This document shows, piece after piece, positions 39,632-49,003 of a stretch of 64,000 nt of DNA; positions within the stretch are counted from its first letter, which is position 1, and each line of letters begins with the position of its first letter. A program made the translations under genes and the position numbers. The stretch is taken from the IMG/VR virus record IMGVR_UViG_3300021964_009390, positions 1-64,000 of that record. The stretch is one strand, 5' to 3'. The notes below the pieces were generated by a model. The model was not told the origin of the DNA. It saw nothing but the letters and a program-made list of their open reading frames with translations, and did no database searches.

Positions 39632-40268
39632 ATTTACCCAACCAAAATTTAGTGTTAGCTTGTAAGTGTGTGGAACGAGTACGCCAGTAAGAGTATGTCA
39701 ATTTGTCGAAATTATAAACTGTGTTGCTAATTGTATCGTATACATGGTTTAAATATTCAATAGTGATGTCACTATAATCGGTGGTCCACAACACCGGTAA
39801 ATCGTTATATTTTCTCATATACGATGAATCCCAACATACCGGGACTTTAATTATAGGTATGCATTTCGCAAGTATAGACTCGTAATGCCTATGGCAATCA
39901 ACACCATTCCCTTCTGGTGAAAAGCAAAACTTATGTTGTTTTAACATGTCAAAATAAGAATTAAAATTAGTTAACTTAGGGTTACATGTAGTCAAATATT
40001 GCGGACCTAAATTGTGTTGAACCGTACTGTAATGTGACCTACGTAACTTAGAGTAACTATGTTCCCCGGACGCAGTGACGCTACTGTAACACAGTTTGTT
40101 TTTCCCGGTCTGTTTTAAACTACACTTTTGAAAGTGTGACCATGCTTGAGGCGCTACTCCGATCGGATGCACCACTGGTCGATCTTTACCGTCAGTAGTA
40201 CTCCCACCGCCAATCAAATTGGTTTTATCTATACAGCAAGGATCCCAATCTTTATATGTTATATTCAT
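39624..40268 (-). CDS. Exostosin/GT47-like protein
   Basis: HKFCFSPEGNGVDCHRHYESILAKCIPII. Confidence 0.65.
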   Translation of the reverse strand: MNITYKDWDPCCIDKTNLIGGGSTTDGKDRPVVHPIGVAPQAWSHFQKCSLKQTGKNKLCYSSVTASGEHSYSKLRRSHYSTVQHNLGPQYLTTCNPKLTNFNSYFDMLKQHKFCFSPEGNGVDCHRHYESILAKCIPIIKVPVCWDSSYMRKYNDLPVLWTTDYSDITIEYLNHVYDTISNTVYNFDKLTYSYWRTRSTHLQANTKFWLGKYV

Positions 40269-41157
40269 TAATAATATTATTTAAAAACATTTTCAACCGG
40301 TTTACATCATAACTGTTAACGTTTTTAACTTTGTCAGTTATTAGCATCTCATTGTATAGATCATCGTCATGGTCAAGGGAAACAATTTTATCAATAAATT
40401 GACTATCAGTATGAAAATCCACCCTATTTAAAAAACTATGCTGTACATGGTCCATATATACATCCGGGTCGCCCCAGTATATGGGTATTGTGTTTGCCAG
40501 GAAACCGTACCACGGCTTCTCAGTAAAATACCCACTATTGGAGCTGTTCTCAAACGATATTATAAATTTGTATTGAGATACTCTATTCAATGTCTCTTGA
40601 TACCCTCGAGGCCATGGCCTGTCAATATTCAAGAGCCTTTTACCGGTACAGTCAATACGTTTGTATGTGGATAATTTCTTTACAAATTCTTCCCGGAACG
40701 GTACAGGGTTTGAATTGATAAAACAACAAAATTTAGTTTTTTTAATTTTTGCTAAACCTTTAGCCTGCCCAGTAGAGAAATACTTAGGTAACAGTGAACC
40801 AAAGACAGGTTCGACGGCAGCTAGTGGTATGTATATACACCGGCGACTGTCTGAGCACCTATCCATGGAGATCAAATACCGGTTGTTTGATATTTGTAGT
40901 ATATTGTCAGGCGATTTAAAACCATACCTTTTTATATTTTCTCCACTAAAACATATTATGTAATCAAATTCAGTATATTTAGACCAATTGATTTTTTGAG
41001 AATTGCAGACACTATACACGAGTATTTTTTTGGATGTTTTAAATAGTACCGGTAAACACTCCCGGAACACTGATTTGCCTATCCATGGAAAAAACCAATT
41101 GTTAACATCTCTAACTAAAAACGTAACATTTTTTACTGTTACTGTATAGTCTTTCAT
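40252..41157 (-). CDS. GT10 alpha-1,3/4-fucosyltransferase
   Basis: KFCCFINSN, YKFIISFENS..GYFTEKP...TIPIYWG. Confidence 0.85.
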   Translation of the reverse strand: MKDYTVTVKNVTFLVRDVNNWFFPWIGKSVFRECLPVLFKTSKKILVYSVCNSQKINWSKYTEFDYIICFSGENIKRYGFKSPDNILQISNNRYLISMDRCSDSRRCIYIPLAAVEPVFGSLLPKYFSTGQAKGLAKIKKTKFCCFINSNPVPFREEFVKKLSTYKRIDCTGKRLLNIDRPWPRGYQETLNRVSQYKFIISFENSSNSGYFTEKPWYGFLANTIPIYWGDPDVYMDHVQHSFLNRVDFHTDSQFIDKIVSLDHDDDLYNEMLITDKVKNVNSYDVNRLKMFLNNIINEYNI

Positions 41158-41165
41158 TGCTTAAT

Positions 41166-41795
41166 TTATTCTCCAAATTCATAACCAAAATACTCAATAT
41201 CTTTTGCGTATTTTTCTGCAACAATTTCTCTTGTTTCGTCATCGTAGTATTCAGTGTAGTGTTTGTGATTAGATTTGTTCACATGGGGAAGTTTCATATC
41301 GGGTATATTCAATTGTCTATTAATTGTATCAACGTCTTGCTGAAAATTTTCCACCTTACCAACAAAGTCTAAACTACTAACATAGTAATGTGGGTTCATT
41401 AAACCAGAGCAGTGTAACTTTAAATCATCAATCACCCGGATCAAATTATTATGATCTAGAATCATCGGAGTATATACATCCATCCCGGTCAATGTATCTA
41501 CAACAAAGTGTTTAAATGTGGGGCTCACCCGGGTGCTTAATTTGTTATGGTACAGTGAAACTATCCTAGAGAATGGATTCCTCACAAACCCTACCTTGTA
41601 CATTTGTGACCATCGGCAATGATCTGTATCAATAACGTGAGAAGTAACTAACTGATTACTGGGCATACCACCTGGAGAGTTTACATGATGACTTTGTGTA
41701 TATACATGTGATATGTCTTTATACATGTAGTCTAGACTCTGGGTACCACATTTGTGGATCCGGGCTATGTACATTTCTTTATTGGTCATATTCAT
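41166..41795 (-). CDS. Sulfotransferase family 2 protein
   Basis: RIHKCGTQSL, FVRNPFSRIVSLY, DFVGKVENFQQD. Confidence 0.85.
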   Translation of the reverse strand: MNMTNKEMYIARIHKCGTQSLDYMYKDISHVYTQSHHVNSPGGMPSNQLVTSHVIDTDHCRWSQMYKVGFVRNPFSRIVSLYHNKLSTRVSPTFKHFVVDTLTGMDVYTPMILDHNNLIRVIDDLKLHCSGLMNPHYYVSSLDFVGKVENFQQDVDTINRQLNIPDMKLPHVNKSNHKHYTEYYDDETREIVAEKYAKDIEYFGYEFGE

Positions 41796-41808
41796 GTTTT
41801 ACTGTCTA

Positions 41809-42393
41809 TTACTCACCGAATTTGTAGCCGAACCGCTCGATATCTTTTGCGTAACGTTCCGCAACAATTTGTCTTGTTTCATCATCATAGTATTCAGTGT
41901 AATGTTTATGTTTAGATTTGTTTTCATGTGGCAGCTGTCGTGGAGGTATGCCAATTTTATCGCAGATTATGTTGAAATCATTTTGGAGGTTTTCGTAGCG
42001 GCCAATAAAATCAATGTCGGTTACCCACCTGAACTGTTGTAAGTGCTCATATATATTCCAAGTAGTGCCATCTATGTTTACGTAATTTTTATCATGCCTA
42101 TGTTGATCTTGCGGTCTTTTTCTCAAAACTTCGTGTTTAGCGTGTGATGGGCAACCAGATTTTACCCATGTTTTGAAATCGTGATACGACTGCTTGATAC
42201 CTGGTTGAAAGCTATACCATGAAACTAAAAGGTCATAGGTATTTCTTACGAATGTAAATCTAAAATATTCTTTGTTTTTGTCATTACTATAAGTTTGATG
42301 TCTTAATCCATTATAGCTAAGAGATCTTTCTATGCTAACACCACCTGTTTTTGGTATATGGATAAAAATAAATTTATATTTATGGTTTATCAT
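41809..42393 (-). CDS. Sulfotransferase family 2 protein (paralogue)
   Basis: FIHIPKTGGVSI, FTFVRNTYDLLVSWY, DFIGRYENLQND. Confidence 0.9.
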   Translation of the reverse strand: MINHKYKFIFIHIPKTGGVSIERSLSYNGLRHQTYSNDKNKEYFRFTFVRNTYDLLVSWYSFQPGIKQSYHDFKTWVKSGCPSHAKHEVLRKRPQDQHRHDKNYVNIDGTTWNIYEHLQQFRWVTDIDFIGRYENLQNDFNIICDKIGIPPRQLPHENKSKHKHYTEYYDDETRQIVAERYAKDIERFGYKFGE

Positions 42394-42400
42394 TTAAGTT

Positions 42401-43249
42401 TTAGCCTCGCTTGTACCAATGATAAGAAATATAATTGTAGTTTGCTTCACTCTTGAGTAAAAGATCAGCCCATTTGGGCGGTATGGAAGTGGGTTTGTTA
42501 AGTAAGATTTTTTCCCAGTCTTTTATACGTGCATTACTCCATTGCAAGTTTCTAATTTTTATTTTATCTGAGTGGTTTATCATCATATAGTTAAAATAAA
42601 TTTCATATTCAGAGGCGCCCGATTTTTGCTCATTATCTATATTGTTAAGAAAAACAGTGTAGAAATTTTCATTAAATATATTCTCTACACGGGACATAAT
42701 CTCTTTCACGTATTTTGTTTCAAACATCATGTGGTGACATATTCCAGATATTTTTTTATCATATCTTTTTAATCCAATTCCAAGCTTTTCCATGTGAGCA
42801 AAGTATGGCTTATGATATTGGAAACCATGGAACCCTTTACCTCTTCGACCCGTGTTATACAGGCACTTATCATTTTCTATAAAAGTAGTTGGTTTTAAAA
42901 AATAAGTATCTGCGTCAATTACTAAGTATCTATCGAGAATATTTGGAATGCAAATACCAGCATATAGTTTTAGCAATTGTTGCAAATACCAACCAGTGCG
43001 ACAGTCTGCGTTTTTTTCTTTTTCTTTTTCTGTTAGTTTGTATCTGTTTTGACAGTCAGCTAATCCAAACGGAAAAATATTTTCATTTATTGTAATACAG
43101 TTATCAATTTTTAAGTCTTCATTGGATGTGACCAAATAAATATTTCTGTACCCTATAATGTTATTTTTAGTATATTCTATTTGCGTGTGAATTACCTCCG
43201 AATCCTTAGGGCCTACATTAATTACTACGTCGAATTTATAATCTTTCAT
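42401..43249 (-). CDS. DUF6492-like putative glycosyltransferase (probable start MKDYKF)
   Basis: TGWYLQQLLKL, YLVIDADTYFLKP, SGASEYEIYFNY. Confidence 0.65.
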   Translation of the reverse strand: MKDYKFDVVINVGPKDSEVIHTQIEYTKNNIIGYRNIYLVTSNEDLKIDNCITINENIFPFGLADCQNRYKLTEKEKEKNADCRTGWYLQQLLKLYAGICIPNILDRYLVIDADTYFLKPTTFIENDKCLYNTGRRGKGFHGFQYHKPYFAHMEKLGIGLKRYDKKISGICHHMMFETKYVKEIMSRVENIFNENFYTVFLNNIDNEQKSGASEYEIYFNYMMINHSDKIKIRNLQWSNARIKDWEKILLNKPTSIPPKWADLLLKSEANYNYISYHWYKRG

Positions 43250-43373
43250 TTTATTCTCCAAATTCATATCTTATCGCACATATTGATTTCTATTGACGTA
43301 CCACCACATCGAGGGATGTGAATAAAAATACATTTATGTTTATGACTTATCATGTATAATATTTACTCAAAAG

Positions 43374-43402
43374 TTGACTTATGCCAATTTATATTATACA
43401 AT
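43374..43402 (+). promoter_or_regulatory. Sigma70-like promoter
   Basis: TTGACT-17 nt-TACAAT; the ATG at 43408 is only 5 nt downstream. Confidence 0.65.
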
Positions 43403-43407
43403 AATAT

Positions 43408-44124
43408 ATGGAGTACAACCCGAAACATCGCAGAAGAACTAGAGAAACAAAAGCATACAACAACAACACTTTTCTGAACAGCAGAGAGGCTCGAAACATC
43501 CGCGTACAATGCGAGGTGATGGAACCGGGAATGAGACTAGATCGGCTAGGAGTTGACAACATGATCACATTTTTCGGAAGCGCCAGAACCAAACCAAACC
43601 ACCCGGATTATATAGACGCGTACAAACTAGCGTACAAACTAGGTACATGGACCAAAAAACATGCACCTACCACAGGTATATCCAGCGGCGGTGGTCCGGG
43701 TATAATGGAAGCCACAAACAAAGGTGCATATGACAGTGGTGCCAAAAGCATAGGGATGGGTATCAGTCTCCCGTTCGAACAGCACAATAACGAATATATC
43801 TCACCTGATTTGGATTTTGAATTCCATTACTTTTTCACTCGCAAATACTGGTGTGTATATTTGAGCAAGGCATATGTGATGATGCCCGGTGGAGTAGGTA
43901 CCATGGACGAGCTGTTCGAGGTGTTGACACTGATACAGACACAAAAAATAAAACAACCCAAACCTATTGTTTTATATAATACAGACTTTTGGAAAAAAAC
44001 TGTGAATTTCTCCCGTATGATTGACCAGGGTACAATAGGTGAGGACGATCTAGAGTTGTTCGAGTATCACGATGACACGCAGACTGCATATGATTATATT
44101 GTCTCAAACATACATTTGACATAA
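43408..44124 (+). CDS. LOG family (TIGR00730-like) nucleotide monophosphate phosphoribohydrolase
   Basis: FFGSART, SGGGPGIMEA, FFTRK, PGGVGTMDELFE. Confidence 0.92.
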   Translation: MEYNPKHRRRTRETKAYNNNTFLNSREARNIRVQCEVMEPGMRLDRLGVDNMITFFGSARTKPNHPDYIDAYKLAYKLGTWTKKHAPTTGISSGGGPGIMEATNKGAYDSGAKSIGMGISLPFEQHNNEYISPDLDFEFHYFFTRKYWCVYLSKAYVMMPGGVGTMDELFEVLTLIQTQKIKQPKPIVLYNTDFWKKTVNFSRMIDQGTIGEDDLELFEYHDDTQTAYDYIVSNIHLT

Positions 44125-44375
44125 ATAACTATGTGACCGCAAAAGGTGAGCCAGTATTTCATATATATTTGATATTCATTTTATGCTGTTTGTGTTACGG
44201 TGGTTGGTCACTGTTCAAGTATATTAAATACATGGAAGATACGATTGAACTCCAGTTAGAAGCTATAGACAAACAGAACCAAGAAAACCAAGCGTTAAAG
44301 AACTACATGCTAATGATGCAGCAATACAATCAATCACCAACACATCGATACCAGCCAACACCTCAGCAATTGTAA

Positions 44376-44879
44376 TTACAATGTTGTGTCACGATTGATA
44401 ATGTCTATCGCATGAGCTTTATCCAACCAATCCCCAACTTCGACTTTTTTATTCTCTAGGTCTTTGTAGTGTTTGAAAAAGTTCTTTGTAACTTTCAAAA
44501 ACATTGGATCTATATCGTTGTGTATACATCTATACTCTTTGATGTGAGAGCAAGGTGTAGCTAGGATTTTATAATCCTTCTTACCCTGGTCTGTCATGTC
44601 CAAAACACCAATCACATTGCACTCGACCAGTGTACCTCTCATGATGGGTGTGTTGTTGTATATCAAGATATCCAATGGGTCATCATCATCAGCTTTGGTA
44701 CTGGGAATGAAACCATAATTACATGTGTATACCATGGCGCTATTCAAGCATCTGTCCAGCTTGAAAGCTTCAATCACTGGATCGTACTCGTATTTGGCGC
44801 TGGTACCTTTGGATATCTCTACTACTGCATACACCATGTCCGGCGAATTTTTATGTGGTGCCACGTGATACAAATTCAT
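44376..44879 (-). CDS. ppa: Inorganic pyrophosphatase (family I)
   Basis: VEISKG..AKYEYD, NYGFIPST.ADDDDPLDIL, FF.HYKDLE. Confidence 0.95.
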   Translation of the reverse strand: MNLYHVAPHKNSPDMVYAVVEISKGTSAKYEYDPVIEAFKLDRCLNSAMVYTCNYGFIPSTKADDDDPLDILIYNNTPIMRGTLVECNVIGVLDMTDQGKKDYKILATPCSHIKEYRCIHNDIDPMFLKVTKNFFKHYKDLENKKVEVGDWLDKAHAIDIINRDTTL

Positions 44880-45289
44880 AGTTGCTAATATATATTGTAA
44901 AATTAAATAGATTACAAGATGGAAAAGGAACTTTTAAAAGAAATAAACAAATTAAACCGGCATAAAAATGATATGTACGTGGTCATAGACACGTTGCAAA
45001 CGAACCTCCGGTCAATATGCAGCTATCTCACGAACGAGCAATTGGACGAAGTCAAAACCCCTAGTTACAAATGGTGTGTTGAATGGACCAGAAACGAGTT
45101 AGATGACTAGTTATCAAGACTTGACTGAGATGTGGCGGGACCATATGTATTATGAAGTGGGTAAAACCATACAGTTAGAACAATGGCCACCTCGTAGAGT
45201 GGCTGAGTTTTGTACATATTTTGCTAGGTATATAGGGTTGAAACAACTAGAAACACTGTATAAGTTCATATAGTAGATTAAATAAATAC

Positions 45290-46057
45290 ATGAGCGATCG
45301 AGACGATAAAAAAATATTTGAATCATACACAGACTCCCCGGCTTCAACTCGACCGGGTTCATACATAAGCCGGTTGATACAATCCGCAAAAGACCGAAAA
45401 TCCCGGGGAAGACAGGAAACAGAAACACATAAAGGTTTCAGTTCGGATGACCAACGCGAGGATGATGAACGTGAGATGGAACGTATCATGGCATTGCAAA
45501 AATTCGGTCATGGAGCAGATTACAACACACCATTTGAAGAGACTGACCACAGCAAGGATGACCCGGCATTAGCTCCTGGTGACAAACGTATGAAGGATGG
45601 GAGCGTGGTAGACAAGGATGGTAAAGTGGTGTACAAACCCAAACCAAAAGTTGCCAAAGAGAAGAAAAAGCCGGATGGTGATAGTGATGGAGTGCCGGAC
45701 TGGGCGGACAAACATCATGGTGAAGATGACCATGCTAAGAAAAGAGTGGCTAAAGAAGGTACCAAGGGTACTCGATCAGATCGCGAAAAAGCTGATGTTA
45801 ATGACGATGAAAAAATAGAACCATGGGAAAAGGCCCGGGCGAACGCCATTCGAAAGTCTCAAGGTAAAACGCATTTATGTGCTAAAACAGTGAATCATGA
45901 AAGTTATGGACCAGGTGCCACAATACATGGTCAACACGCCATACCGGACGTGAACGGAAACATCGAGTGGTACATGGTCGAGTTCAAACATGGAACAGAA
46001 AAGGTACGTACAGAAGATGTTGAAGTCGTTTTTGCTGTTGAACATCACCACAATTAA
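45290..46057 (+). CDS. Putative virion protein with Ca-binding DxDxDG-like motifs
   Basis: PDGDSDGVPDWAD and DVNDDEKIEPWE; C-terminal His-rich domain HLCAK..H..QHAIPD..G..EWY.VEF.HG. Confidence 0.6.
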   Translation: MSDRDDKKIFESYTDSPASTRPGSYISRLIQSAKDRKSRGRQETETHKGFSSDDQREDDEREMERIMALQKFGHGADYNTPFEETDHSKDDPALAPGDKRMKDGSVVDKDGKVVYKPKPKVAKEKKKPDGDSDGVPDWADKHHGEDDHAKKRVAKEGTKGTRSDREKADVNDDEKIEPWEKARANAIRKSQGKTHLCAKTVNHESYGPGATIHGQHAIPDVNGNIEWYMVEFKHGTEKVRTEDVEVVFAVEHHHN

Positions 46058-46071
46058 GTATATATATATGT

Positions 46072-46947
46072 ATGCCCTCTGGTAGAGTTACTATATATGT
46101 TGTTACATGGAATAACGAGCAGTTCATAGACTTGTTAGTTAACCGTATACATGAAACTACATCATATCCTTACCGGTTGGTTGTTTCCGAAAACCGGTCT
46201 GAAAATTCTCCAGCTATTATAGAAAAGTTAAAAACACTCAAAGAGAAAGGGCTTATTGATAAAATATACGCGTTTGATCAAAATACTGTTGGTACAGCAC
46301 AACGATTCACACCGGAACATGATGAAGCTGACCGTTTAAAGGAAGGCCGATCATTTTATGTAACTACTGACCATGATGCCTATATAAAGGGGATGTCTGA
46401 TGTCATTCCTGATTGGTTAGAACACTACGCTACTGTGTTAGAGGATGCTCAAAGTGACGTCCGCGCTATAAGAATGAGACCCACAACTGGGCACTTGGCT
46501 GCATATATTGGCGCATGTAACCCGAGACCATCTGACACATCGTTAAAATATAACGATATAGAAAAGTGGTACCACCAGTCCCGGGTAGAAGGTAAACTAC
46601 ATAAAAAATACGATTATTTAAGTAGTAAACATGTACCAACAAATTATCATTTTCAAGCCGTTACTGAATCAGCCATGACCCGGTGGTTTGAAATGCACCC
46701 AACATGTAACCCTGTAGATGGTAATATATGGCCCTACCTTGTCAAAGAACATAATGTACATATATATGCTCCTGCGTATGTTGAAAATTTAAGTATATTT
46801 CAGCACTTTCCAGACCCCACAGGTACAGTGCAATTAGATCCAAAGTACGTCGAAGACAGGAAAAAAGTTTTCCGGTCGGGTAAAAATGAATCTGGTTATA
46901 GTTTCCTCGAATATAAACCCCGTAACTTGACATTTAAAATTATATAA
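46072..46947 (+). CDS. GT2-like glycosyltransferase
   Basis: IYVVTWNN, VVSENRS, YVTTDHD. Confidence 0.55.
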   Translation: MPSGRVTIYVVTWNNEQFIDLLVNRIHETTSYPYRLVVSENRSENSPAIIEKLKTLKEKGLIDKIYAFDQNTVGTAQRFTPEHDEADRLKEGRSFYVTTDHDAYIKGMSDVIPDWLEHYATVLEDAQSDVRAIRMRPTTGHLAAYIGACNPRPSDTSLKYNDIEKWYHQSRVEGKLHKKYDYLSSKHVPTNYHFQAVTESAMTRWFEMHPTCNPVDGNIWPYLVKEHNVHIYAPAYVENLSIFQHFPDPTGTVQLDPKYVEDRKKVFRSGKNESGYSFLEYKPRNLTFKII

Positions 46948-46948
46948 T

Positions 46949-47602
46949 ATGAATAAGATAAATATAGCTAATATATATACAGTAACAGACTCCTTTGAAC
47001 TGAAATTGGCTGAATACACAGGAGCAAAATATGCTATATGTGTAGATAACATGAGTAACGCATTATTTTTGTCACTATATTATGAAAAACATGTAAAAAA
47101 ATCTTGTGAGGACTTTATAACTATACCTAGTAGAACATATCCTTCGGTCCCGTGTGAAATTATACATGCGGGATTAAAAGTGAAATTTAAACAAGTCGCC
47201 GGTGAAACGTTAACAGGGGCATATCTACTTGAGGGGAGCAATGTATGGGATTCAGCTTTACGGTTTACTGCGGATATGTATAAACCTAAATCACATATGT
47301 GTATATCATTCACCGGTCCGTATAAACACTTCAAATTAAGCAAAGGAGGAGCAATACTTACTGATTCATCAGAAGCAAATAATTGGTTCCGGAGAGCGAG
47401 GTACAGTGGTCGGAGAGAGTGTTCATATCACGAGGATAATTTTGACATGACTGGCTGGAACTACTATATGATGCCAGAACTTGCAGCGCGTGGATTATTG
47501 TTGATGAGCCAATTTTACACCCATGATGGTAAAAAAATAGATAATGACGATTTGACCCTCCCGTACCCTGACCTGAGCAAGTACCCGATATACACGACAT
47601 AA
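46949..47602 (+). CDS. DegT/DnrJ/EryC1/StrS-family PLP sugar aminotransferase, short form
   Basis: FELKLAEYTGAKYA, TYPSVP, WDSA, SFTGPYKH (PLP Lys), GWNYYM. Confidence 0.75.
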   Translation: MNKINIANIYTVTDSFELKLAEYTGAKYAICVDNMSNALFLSLYYEKHVKKSCEDFITIPSRTYPSVPCEIIHAGLKVKFKQVAGETLTGAYLLEGSNVWDSALRFTADMYKPKSHMCISFTGPYKHFKLSKGGAILTDSSEANNWFRRARYSGRRECSYHEDNFDMTGWNYYMMPELAARGLLLMSQFYTHDGKKIDNDDLTLPYPDLSKYPIYTT

Positions 47603-47619
47603 TTATTACAATTTGCAAT

Positions 47620-48243
47620 ATGAAAAATTATAAATATACAAAACAATGGTTCACATCTAAAGATTTAGAGCAGTTTTTAAAAATCGACCGGGAGAAAGAA
47701 TTGCATATTCTTGAAATTGGCTCATTTGAAGGTGAAAGTACAGTCTGGTTTCTTAACAATGTACTCCAACATTCAAAATCTACTATCACATGTATAGACC
47801 CGTGGGACAGTTATTCGCAGAATAGCAAAAGCTTTCAAAGTTACTCCAACCCAGAAAATGAATGGCATAATAGTGATAAGTATGACACATTCAAGCATAA
47901 TATAAAAGAGTCTGGGGTTGAAGAAAAGGTTTTAGTTAAAAGAGGATTATCTCATGAAATTTTACCGGAATTGCTTGTTGAGAACAACCAATATGACATC
48001 GTCTTTATAGATGGTAACCATGTAGCCCCATATGTACTAACAGACGCCATGTTTAGCTGGTACATGCTAAAAGATCGTGGGATAATGATATTTGATGATT
48101 ACTTGTGGAGACCTCAGCTTAATAAAGTCTTGACACCAAAACTGGCTGTAGATTCGTTTATAACCAACTTTCAAGATTATTGTGAGGTAATTTACGATGG
48201 CTACCGCAAGGCCATTAAAAAGGTAATGAGTGACAATGAATAA
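47620..48243 (+). CDS. Class I SAM methyltransferase (Methyltransf_24-like)
   Basis: LEIGSFEGEST, YDIVFIDGNH, IMIFDDYLW. Confidence 0.9.
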   Translation: MKNYKYTKQWFTSKDLEQFLKIDREKELHILEIGSFEGESTVWFLNNVLQHSKSTITCIDPWDSYSQNSKSFQSYSNPENEWHNSDKYDTFKHNIKESGVEEKVLVKRGLSHEILPELLVENNQYDIVFIDGNHVAPYVLTDAMFSWYMLKDRGIMIFDDYLWRPQLNKVLTPKLAVDSFITNFQDYCEVIYDGYRKAIKKVMSDNE

Positions 48244-48934
48244 AAAAACACTCATACTAACTGACAATTTACAAGCATACAAGCTAGCGGGTGAACTCAA
48301 CCAGTTGCACGGCGGTATTGATACATATCAATCACCTAATGGTACTATAGAAGGTATACCACATTTACATGTTCGAGATCAAGTAACATCAATTATTGAC
48401 AAATATGACCTTGTCTTATCTATACATTGCAAACAGATTTTCCCAGACGAACTAGTTATCGGTTCACGATGTGTAAATGTACATCCCGGGCTGAACCCAT
48501 ATAATAGAGGTTGGTTTCCACAGGTCTTTTCAATTATTAACGGTCTTCCCAGTGGGGTAACCATTCATGAAATTGATAACGAACTGGACCATGGACCGAT
48601 AATCGCTCAGAAGGAATACACAATACAACCCTGGGACACATCCGGGTCAGCATATGCGAAAATTATAGCTCTTGAAAAAGAATTGCTAATGGAACATTTT
48701 ACATCGATCAGAAATCGTACTTACAAGGCTATACCACCAGAAGAAGAAGGTAATCTCAATTATAAAAAAGATTTTAATAAGTTGAAACATATTGACATGA
48801 ACCAGCAAGGTACATTTGGTGAGTTCATAAACCGGCTCCGTGCACTCACTCATGATAATTATAACAACGCCTATTATATAGAACCTTCCGGTAAAAAGGT
48901 TTTTGTTAAACTCCAACTAGAGTTGGAAGGTTAA
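48230..48934 (+). CDS. dTDP-4-amino-4,6-dideoxyglucose formyltransferase (VioF/Rv3404c-like)
   Basis: LSIHCKQIFP, CVNVHPGLNPYNRGWFPQVFSI, GVTIHEID.ELDHGPII. Confidence 0.85.
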   Translation: MTMNKKTLILTDNLQAYKLAGELNQLHGGIDTYQSPNGTIEGIPHLHVRDQVTSIIDKYDLVLSIHCKQIFPDELVIGSRCVNVHPGLNPYNRGWFPQVFSIINGLPSGVTIHEIDNELDHGPIIAQKEYTIQPWDTSGSAYAKIIALEKELLMEHFTSIRNRTYKAIPPEEEGNLNYKKDFNKLKHIDMNQQGTFGEFINRLRALTHDNYNNAYYIEPSGKKVFVKLQLELEG

Positions 48935-49003
48935 TTAATTAGTCTATATTAACAACTTTGTAATAAAAGTTGCTAGATTGTATAAAATAACATAAATTAT
49001 ATT

